The notes beneath the pieces are model-generated. The model was not told the origin of the DNA. It was given only the letters and a program-made list of their open reading frames with translations, and did no database searches. A program made the translations under genes and the position numbers. Shown here piece after piece: positions 10,471 through 64,000 of a DNA stretch of 64,000 bases (its first letter is position 1; each line of letters opens with the position of its first letter). Origin of the DNA: Octopus sinensis (Eukaryota); the NCBI RefSeq assembly GCF_006345805.1, contig NC_043003.1:2666001-2730000 (forward strand), in the 5' to 3' direction.

Positions 10471-13284
10471 AAAGGTTCTCATATCGAATGCATATCATCA
10501 AATGCAAGATGGAAATTAAACTGATGTCATAAACCCAAGGAGCGCCATTCTTTTCATCACTAACATAATTATTCATTTCCCATTTTGACACCAGGCCAGC
10601 AATTTCGGGGATGGGTCCAAGTCGGTTACATTGATCCCAGTGCACAGCTGGTACTTCCTAACCCTAACACTATCGACGTCGAAAGGATGACAGGCAAAGT
10701 CGATCTCTACGCTATTTGAACTCAGAACATAAAGTCGGACGAAACGCCGCTAAGCATTTTGTCCGGCATACAAACTATTCCGCCAGCTCGCCGTCTTATC
10801 ATTTATCAAGGCGGTGAGCTGGCAGAATCGTTGGTGCGTCGGACAAAATGTTTAGCGGCATTTCTTCCCCCTCTTTACGTTCAAATTCCTCCGCATCTCG
10901 CTGCTGTCGTTTGGCTACAGGTCGGCCCTTTTTCCTTTTCATATTTCTTTTTCAGTATGGCTGTGGTTAAGAAGTTCGCTTTGCAGCCACGCAATTTTGG
11001 GTTCAGTCCCACTACGTGACACCTTGGGCAAATGTCTTCTAGTATAGCCCCGGGCCGACCAATGCCTTGTAAGTGGATTTGGTATACGGAAACTGTGTTG
11101 AAGCCCGTTGTATATGTGTATGTCTGAGAGAGCGCGCGCGTGCATATGTATGTGTGTGTGTGTGTATTTGCGTTTTCACCACCACCACCACCATCACCAA
11201 CACTTTACAATCGATGCTGGTTTGTTTACGCCCTCGTACTTAGCAGTTCAACAAGAAGACCAAAAACGATAAGAACTGGGGTCAATTTGTTCTACTAAAA
11301 CCCCTTGAAAGCGGTGCCCCAGCATGGCCGCAAATCAGTGACTGAAACAAGTAAAAGATAAAATTTGAGTATTAGTCAACGTGTCCTTTAAAACAACAAC
11401 AACAACAATAAAACAAAAACTGGTGTGTAATTGAGGGAGGTTTAATTGCTATTTTTAGCAAGTCGATGAGACTCCATCGTTAGCAAGTTTTATATCTAAA
11501 TGGAAATTCGCTACGGTGTAAGCGAACCGCAGCAGAACTCTTCGGAGCAGGAACTTCCACGAAGCAAGTGTTTTGTTCTGTTAGTTCCCGACACCCTAAG
11601 GGTAGCCCGACCCACCTACGTCATGACACCTAGGCAGTACCATCTTAACAAAGTTATAGGCCACTGGGCAAATCAATGCACTTGATCCTTACTGTTTTTT
11701 TGTTAGCAATAAGTCACAACATACATAGGTCAATGATAGGCCCCTAGACCTTATGAGGCCCCAGGTAACGAACTACATATACTGTGTCCAAGACTTCTGA
11801 CAAGACGACACTGCTCTAAAGTTTCCTCTAGTTACTTTTGAAATGCTGTCCTCAGGGTGGATTGAACTCGGAACCTTCCGTTGATCCTATAATAGTCTAT
11901 CAAAGAAGACGAATACGGAAGATGTCAGATATAAAAATTCCTTTTCTGTACATATCATCAGTTATTCTTGAGTTGCAAGAATCCTCTTTCCCTGAACTGT
12001 GGTGTATGTTTAACACTCGGCCACAAAGACCACAGAAAGAAAAAAAAAACCCTTCCATTGCCGGTCTATGAAGTTGTCAGGTGTGAGATTCGCTGAATGA
12101 AAGGTTCTCCGCAATCTATACGAAGGGAAATAACTACCATTTTACCACAAACCTTCGTCTTTTGTCGGTCGAACTCCATCGACACCGAAAGTTTGTTGCG
12201 GCATCTTCTCTGCATGTTGGTCAGGAAGGAACTTTATTTGAAAAACTTTGTAAGTCATTTATTTTTACTAGATTGTTTGGAATGTCTCAATATAGCGCTA
12301 TGTTATAACTACAAGAAGTGTTCTATTTACCATTATAGATTAAATCGATTTTCTGTAACCTTGGGCTCCAAACTTATTTCGAATTACGGATTTTACTGTA
12401 CCAGAGGTGGTCACATTGGTCAACATACGCTAAATTAAACTAATACTAAATCTATTTAAGTAACTAAAAGAAATACAGGTACCTGTTCGTTGGAGTAAAT
12501 GATACAAGTGTATTAACTTGTACCGTACGAGGTACCAGTAAACTAGTCTGGTGGCCGATGGAATTTGAAGTTGCTGTTGGTAAATTAGTGTAGTTTATAC
12601 GAGATTCCAGACCATCACTGTCAATCTTGTACCTGTATTTATCGTGTTGTGGTGTTCATTATTCTTATATTAAAACGACGAAGCAACGATAGAAGTTTCG
12701 CTATCACTGAACTTGTTAAAAATAGTAAACAAATCACCCTCAAATTCCACCTTGACGTCGTTTTAAAACAACTGAAGTTACACATGAAGTCTTTGTAGAT
12801 GCTATTAAAAGATGGGATGGCCACGGTTGGAATAGCATGACCTCGATCAAGATCGTTTCGATCATCTTTCACCGGGAAAGTAAACAAACACAACTGCAAA
12901 GAGACTGAGCGACGAGCTTAAGTTACGGTCGGATTAGAAATGTCTTTCGTGTTTATCAATTGTTTCCAACTGGGTTTCTAGCACCTGACTCTTCAGGAGG
13001 TTAACCTGGGTGGGGTGCCAATGTAGGCGCTGACGAGCCACCCGTATAACAGCTGTAACTCGATTACATATTACCAGTGCAAGCCCTTGTACATAGCGAA
13101 ACTCGTGATTGGAACTAAGCATGTAATAAGACTCCTGGAACTGGGAGATCCCTATTTCTAGTCGGAACACTCATGAAGGGAATGGAAAACTTCTAAATCA
13201 GATCCCAAATGTTTTGTAGGTCGCCTTTGGTTGGTTAAGAATAAATAAATAAATAATACTAATACTACTACTAATAATAATAAT

Positions 13285-13610
13285 AGTGAAGTTATGGTAC
13301 TAAAGTGCCTAGGTGCACTACAATTCATCAAAGGTGCATGTACTGTACATAGAATTATGTAGAAATTTCAGGGAGGTGAACTGTGTATGAGTCATGATGT
13401 ACAGGTGTGCATGTATATAGAGTGGGGAGGGATGTCAGGTGTAGTGTTGGTGACTTTCAGGAATCATGGAGGTTTTGAAGGATGCAATGTCTCAGCAACT
13501 AACAACTGATGCAGGCAGTTTGTTCCATGCTTCAGTGACTCTGAGTGTGAAAAAATGTTTCTGGAAGTCATGGGGTGCTGTACTGTTTTCTGACTTTGTA
13601 GGAGGCATTC
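13285..13610 (-). mobile_element. CR1/L2-type LINE 3' fragment; second copy at about 39150-39720 (-)
   Basis: The two copies share GGTGCACTACAA...GGTTTTGAAGGATGC...TTCCATGCTTCAG. The 39.3-kb copy encodes YKIRKQHSTHHFQKRFFMLRIAEAWNKLPTSVV, a CR1-like C-terminus. A (TAA/TAT)n tail lies at about 13240-13290. Confidence 0.75.
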
Positions 13611-13709
13611 CCACGGAGAAGGAAACATTCATATAAAACTTGTGGTTTAATGATTCCACTGGTCATCTTGATCTTATTTTTTTATGTTACTCGCCTTACT
13701 ACCAACGTC

Positions 13710-13982
13710 GCCTTACTGGCACCTGTGCCGGTGGCATGTGTAAAAAGATTCGAGCAAGGTCACTGCCGGTACAGCCTGACTGGCCCCCGTGCCAGAGGCA
13801 TGTAAAAAGCACCCACTACACTCTTGGAGTGGTTGGCGTTAGGAAAGGCATCCAGCTGTAGAAACTCTACCAGATCAAGATTGGAGCCTGGTGCGGCCGA
13901 CTGGTTCGCCAGACCTCAGTCAAAATCGTCCAACCCATGCCAGCATGGAAAGCGGACGTTAAACGATGATGATGATGATGTC
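13710..13982 (+). mobile_element. (GAT)n-tailed non-autonomous retroelement family C (RTE-type tail, internal AAAAGCACC sub-repeats), representative copy
   Basis: Ends CCATGCCAGCATGGAAAGCGGACGTTAAACGATGATGATG. Roughly 18 further copies lie near 18600, 24060, 25610, 26700, 28570, 31240, 36190, 37860, 40600, 41150, 44150, 48780, 50930, 53130, 54380, 55625, 61150 and 61455. Confidence 0.85.
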
Positions 13983-14649
13983 ATGGTAGCTGAGAGGTAG
14001 TGAGTGGTGTTCATGTTGCACAACCTCCTATCACTATTTTCTATGATATACTTTGCTGACATCGAAGTACTTTGCTAACATCATTCCACTTTATGCTTCT
14101 TAAAACTTGTTTTATTCTGTATTTATCCTCCAAAGCGTTTTGATGGTGAATGCACAGACTTAAAGAATTGGAAGTCTGCTGTCACAAGCCTAAAATGCAT
14201 CACCTCTCCCCAGAGGTCAAAATGGGTTTGTGTAGGGCCAAGGTCCCTAACTAGAAAAAGCAAAGTTACAGGAGCATTGATGACAATTCAAACCTAACAA
14301 GACCCGGGAGAGGAAGACCTTCCCTCGGGAAACATGACACAGGGCAGCAAAATCTGAAAAAGCAGCAAGGATCCAACTGGAAAGAAGCAGACAAATGAAC
14401 AGCTTGGAGTTGAGAAAAGCAGAGTAAGGGGGTGGATGGCCTAGACACGACAAGGAGTGAAGGGCATGATGGAAAGGGATGAATTACCAGTTCTTTCTTC
14501 TCTCCATTCTTTCACTTTTGTGCTTGTGCTGCCACAAACTCCATCTTGGCAACTGTTGGGCTTTGAATCAAAACTTTCCTAACTTTTGGAATGTTTTAAC
14601 ATTTCTTTTTTTTCTTGTGGTTTTAGAATATCAAAACTATTAAGAGACA

Positions 14650-14877
14650 GTCTTTTACGTGTTTCAGTCATTTGACTGCAGCCATGCTGGAGCACCACCT
14701 TTAGTTGAATAAATCTACCCCAGGACTTATTGTTTGTAAGCCTAGTACTTATTCTATCAGTGTCTTTTTGCCAAACCGCTAAGTGACAGAAATGTAAACA
14801 CACCAACATCGGTTGTCAAGTGATGGTTGTGAGACAGACACAGACACAAACAAACACATACACACACACACACACAG

Positions 14878-14915
<38 letters not shown>

Positions 14916-15135
14916 GTATATATATGTGTGTGTGTATGTATATGTATATATATATATATCTATATATATATATATGACAGGCTTCTTTCAGTTTCCATCT
15001 ATCAAATTTACACAAGGCTTTGGTCTGCCCAAGGCTATAGTAGAAGACACTTGCCCAAGGTGCCACGCAGTGGGACTGAACCTGGAACCATGTGGTTGGG
15101 AAGCAAGCTACTTACCACACAGCCACTCTTGCACC
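14650..15135 (-). mobile_element. tRNA-derived SINE family B with internal (TA)n(TG)n microsatellite
   Basis: Reverse complement of the 16073-16525 copy. Confidence 0.85.
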
Positions 15136-15220
15136 TATATTTTATTGATATATTCATGTTGTTTTCTTTATTCTATTTTTTTTTATGTTTTACAGACGAA
15201 ACACCCGTCTTGGATAAGAA

Positions 15221-26254
<11,034 letters not shown>

Positions 26255-26892
26255 CAAAGATAAATAATAAAAATATAAACATATCAATAACAAAAAAATA
26301 AACTATAATTTTGTAAGAAACAACATTTACGACTTGAAATGATTCTGTGAGTTTGTAACAATTTATAGTTTATGGTTCAATTCCTGTTTAAGTCAAAGGA
26401 TGAAAATGTGCTTTGAAGTGCTTTCCCAAACTCTGCAAAAGAACTAAAATATTATGAGACAGGGCTGTGTGGTTAAGAAGCTTGCTTCCTGAACATGTGG
26501 TCTTGGGTTCAGTTGCAATGTACAGCACCTTGCGAAAATGCCTTCCACTATAACCCTAGGTTGACCAAAGCCTTGTGAGTGAATTTGGTTGATGGAAACT
26601 GAAAGAAGCCCATTGCATGGTGTGTGTGTGTAGCCTTGTTCCTCATGTGATAGTTGTAAATGAGCATTACCAAAAGATGTTATTTCCAATCATCATCATC
26701 ATCGTTTAACGTCCATTTTCCATGCTGGCATGGGTTGGACGGTTTGACTGAGGACTGGCCAGCCAGGAGGCTGCACCAGGCTGCAGTCTGATTTGGTATG
26801 TTTTTCTACGGCTGGATGCCCTTCCTAACGCCAACCAGTCCAAGAGTGTAGTGGGTGCTTTTACATGCCACCGGCACAGGGTTAAGTCACGT

Positions 26893-27140
26893 GGGTTCTC
26901 ATTCCATGAGCATATGGCATAATGGTTAAGAGCACGGGCTACTAACCCCAAGATTCCGAGTTCGATTCCAGGCAGTGACCTGAATAATAACAACAACAAC
27001 ATCAAAAAATACCTTAGGAATGAGAACCCATGTTCAAAATTTCCCCCAAAATACCAGATGAAGGCTGGAGGGTATATCAGCCGAAACGTTGTGCAAACAA
27101 CAAACAAGATGAGGACAAATATCCGTCAAATGTAAATAAA
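26893..27140 (+). mobile_element. tRNA/hammerhead SINE copy 2 (core mutated to CAGAUGA; short inverted GGGTTCTCATTCC arm)
   Basis: Colinear with 6590-6822. Confidence 0.85.
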
Positions 27141-28174
27141 TTCCGTCCAAGTGTTTCATCATTAGACATCCATTTGCCCCATGATCCATCCAGGGTTGGT
27201 CATGCCTGGGTTGCCCCATGATCCACCCTGGGTTCCAATGTAAAGTCATCTGGTAGCTTTCTCATCAGCTTCAGTTGCCAATTGAATGGCTCTTTTTTTT
27301 CTTTTCCTCCTGTTTTTACTTAAATTGAGTATTTTACAGAAGTGTCTGCAAAGCCGCTACAGCTCAACTCTCTAGAAGCGCAGTGTGTCTCTTCCAGCTT
27401 CTCGTGTGGCACACCTCCACCGATTCTTGCCTCTTTGCACATTTCCTTTCTTTAAGCTCTACCCAACATACTCTCAGTTCCAGCTTGATTAGTTGTTTTG
27501 AACACAAATGGCACAGGCGGGTGCATGGAAGGGGTCAGCTGGTAGAATCTTTAGCATGTTGGACAAATAGGGTTAGCAGCATTTCTTGCAGCTCTTTACA
27601 TTCTGAGTTCAAATTCCACTGAGGCCTCTCATCCTTTTCTGGGTCAATAAAATACAAGGTGGCAAGCTGGCAGGAACGTTAGGATGCGATGTCATTCATT
27701 TCCAGTCTTTTGTGGGAAACCTGTCTGGCCATGAAGAAATATTACCTTGCTTGGAAACAGGAAGGGCATCCAGCCATAGAAAATTTGCAACAAGTAATTC
27801 CAGTTGCCCCAAAGAAATGCGGATGATGGCCATTATTTTAATGCATTTACATTATTTTAACCTTCAATACCTGAAAGAAACCGTTTCTCTATAAAATGGT
27901 TGCAATAAATATTTTCACTTTTGTGTAACTGAATTCAGTTTTCATACAACTCCCAACTTTCTTAATTACATAACACATTTTAATAGAGTTGGGGCCACAT
28001 TCTTAACAACCAGCCGTGGACAAATGAATCCCTCAAATTCGGCAAAATCCAAAGAGTGGAACAATGGTATATTTTGGTGGTTGGTTATGTTGGATGATCA
28101 ATTAAATGATGGTGGTGCCGAAAACGGTTTTAAACTAACGAAACAAAGAAGCTGATTTACAGACAATAGAATAG

Positions 28175-28455
28175 CATGGAGAGAGTGGTTGTTAGGGTAT
28201 TGCACTCACAATAGCTAGATCACGAGTTCAATTCCTGGACCGGGCAGTGGGTTGTGTTCTTGAGCAAAACACTTCATTTCATGTTGCTCCAGTCTGCTCA
28301 GCTGTAAACAGGTCACCCTACAGTGGAATAGTCTTCTGATCAGGGAGGAATGTTGGCCTTATTTGCCAAGCCAGTGAGGTGGCAGCATTCAAAAGTTGAA
28401 ACAATGCAAAGCGCACTGTGACCAGCGATGCATAACATCTAATAGTCTGGTTAAT
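28175..28455 (+). mobile_element. tRNA-derived SINE family D (TGTGTTCTTGAGCAA...CAATGCAAAGCGCATTGTGACCAG)
   Basis: Tandem copies lie at 49668-49950 and 49968-50250, with a related reverse copy at about 45800-46020. Confidence 0.75.
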
Positions 28456-28830
28456 ACTGTGGTACACCCTTACTTTAGATGTGATTGGTTGCCAAGATTT
28501 CGTTCACTAAGCTAGATACAATTAAAGTCAAGAAACTTTTTTAAACTTTAAATCTCACAGAAAATCACCATCATCATTTAACGTCCGTTGTCCATGCTGG
28601 CATGGGTTGGACAGATTGACCAGGACTGGTAAGCTGGACGGCTGCACCAGACTCCAGTATTTTGGCACGGTTTCAACAGCTGGATGCCCCTCCTAATGCC
28701 AACCACTCTGAGAACATAATGGGTGTCTTTTACATGCCACCAGCACAGGTGCCGTTTGCGTGACAACTATTTTCTCATTCCAAATTCCTTTGGAATTTCC
28801 AGAATATTTCTCCTGTGAATTTTTTCGTTT

Positions 28831-28868
<38 letters not shown>

Positions 28869-30025
28869 AACCATCTCATTCCGAATTAAATTAAACAAAT
28901 TACCATCAATTTAATTACAAAACTGAATAAAATAAAACATTTGAAATTTATCATAAATCAAAGCCTTTCGCTTAACCCTTTTGTTACCATATTTCTGTTT
29001 TGTTTCCCTTACTTTTGGAAATAATGAGGAATTCAGAGAAATAACTTTTGCCATTCTTAAGTTGGTGTTTGGAACAAATTAGAATGAAATCTTGAGGAGA
29101 GATTTTGAGATCATTTTAAGATGTGGTTTGTATCAAAGAACCCAAAGACAGTTTCTGGTGGATTGGTACCAAAAGGGTTAACGAATATCAAGAACAGAAA
29201 ATCATTTTCTTATTTCTCAACAAAAGGACAGAGAGAGAAGCAAAAGGAACAAATACAAATGTAAAGAGAGATAAATAACAGTTTATCGTGCTGAATGCTA
29301 CTTATGTACAAAGCTGTTTCTGTTTAATGAAATTGTTTTGAAATTATAATATTGGACTGAAATACAATATGAAGGAATGAAAGGAAAATGGTAAAAGTTT
29401 CCCAATTAACTGAGTGCAATAATGAAGTAAGGTGGCATGGAGATTTGGCCAGTCAAACCAGTTTCAAAATTGTATAAGATCTTTCTATGATATCAGACAT
29501 CAAACAAGTTCACAAAGAATTGCCGCCTTGTAGAAATGTAATGTGACTAAGTTTGGGTTTATTTTCAAAACAGTACAGCAAAAAATAGAGACGGAAAAGC
29601 AATGATAGGTAAATGTATTAATTAGGGAAAAACTACTGTAAAATAGAGTTGAGAAGAAAAGATAACGAGTAATTAGAGTAATTAAGTGTCTGTTTGAGGT
29701 AATAATAGTGAATGTGGAAAAATGAACAGTTTTTAATAAAGGAAAAAAACCCACAAAATTTGGCAGTAAATGATATGGTAATTGAAAGGAAGTTCTTTGG
29801 AGTTGAGTGAGTTGCAAGAAGACATGTAAATGTAACATCAAGTTCTGCTCAAATGTTGTGAACGATGGCTGTGTTCAGAAGAGAGAAAGGAGGAGGAAGA
29901 GGAGTTGTGGTGGTGGTTTCAGTTGGAAAATCATTTCATGAACCTTGTTATTGGAAGATCCGAATTTCATTCTAGTTGTGTTAACAATTTAATCTTGGGT
30001 TGAGCTCATAAAACTTCTTTCTCCA

Positions 30026-63396
<33,371 letters not shown>

Positions 63397-63477
63397 CTAT
63401 ATATGGGTAAATAAAAAAACAAAAACAAGTAACTTGCATGAAAAATCTGTTTAAAGGTCTGAAAAGAATTAAAGATA

Positions 63478-63843
63478 TGACACTGGGCGGGTACTATGCG
63501 TGACAATGGGCGGGTACTAAGCTTGACATTGGGCGGGTACTATGCGTGACAATGGGCAGGTACTATGCGTGACAATGGGCGGGTACTATGCTTGACAATG
63601 GACGGGTACTATGCGTGACACTGGGCGGGTACTATGCATGACAATGGGTGGGTACTATGAGTGACAATGGGCGGGTACTATGCATGACATTGGGCGGGTA
63701 CTATGCATGACATTGGGCGGGTACTATGCGTGACACTGGGCAGGTACCAAGAGACAAAGGGCGGGTACTATGAGACACTAGGGGAGATGTTATGTGACAT
63801 TGGGCAGTGTGGGGTGCTATGAGACATTGGGCAAGTATTATGT
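63478..63843. repeat. 23-bp minisatellite (TGACAATGGGCGGGTACTATGCG)n
   Basis: About 11 well-conserved units, then about 5 decaying units to the right. Confidence 0.92.
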
Positions 63844-64000
63844 GCAAAAAGTGAAGTGAAAAGTTGCTTCAGCCAGATTCATTACAATCAAAGAGAGATG
63901 TAGGAAGTCTTGATATGTTTAGTAATTTCAAGAGAAAAATGCCATCCAACTAGATATTCTTCATTTAGAATTAAATATCCATTCTGACAAAAAAGTGAGG

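Noticed and set aside
12600-13200. Possible decayed non-LTR RT or other coding remnant on the minus strand
   Set aside because: Only vague resemblance, with no diagnostic motif I can support without a profile search.
63478-63843. CRISPR-like array
   Set aside because: The units are contiguous with no unique spacers, the context is eukaryotic and there are no cas genes.

Overview
AT-rich, microsatellite- and SINE-dense animal genomic DNA. The repeat families look like octopus/cephalopod, which is an inference and not a database result. Three intron-containing genes were reconstructed by hand from splice sites and reading phase. (1) First coding exon of an ATG13-like HORMA protein on the minus strand (1487-1642); the gene continues off the left edge. 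(2) A complete GTPBP8 (EngB/YihA-family GTPase) on the plus strand, 6 coding exons, 15221-26254, 277 aa. (3) An MBTD1/L3MBTL2/Sfmbt-like FCS-zinc-finger plus 4xMBT gene on the minus strand, about 18 exons from 63396 to about 30026, with its 5' end beyond the right edge. The rest is mostly mobile DNA: several tRNA-derived SINE families, (GAT)n-tailed RTE-type elements, CR1/L2 and RTE LINE 3' fragments, a decayed Gypsy pol, TTAA piggyBac-type and hAT-type MITEs, Helentron/HINE-like pieces and minisatellites. Nearly all ORFs in the supplied track are repeat or microsatellite artefacts. The two most unusual signals are these. (a) A 4-copy tRNA-headed SINE that carries a minimal type I hammerhead ribozyme and an inverted, internally deleted copy of itself at its head; in two copies that arm resumes 2 nt after the predicted cleavage site. 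(b) A near-full-length U6 snRNA copy fused directly to a 5'-truncated retroelement, resembling mammalian U6/L1 chimeras. All coordinates were read by eye; repeat boundaries are approximate.
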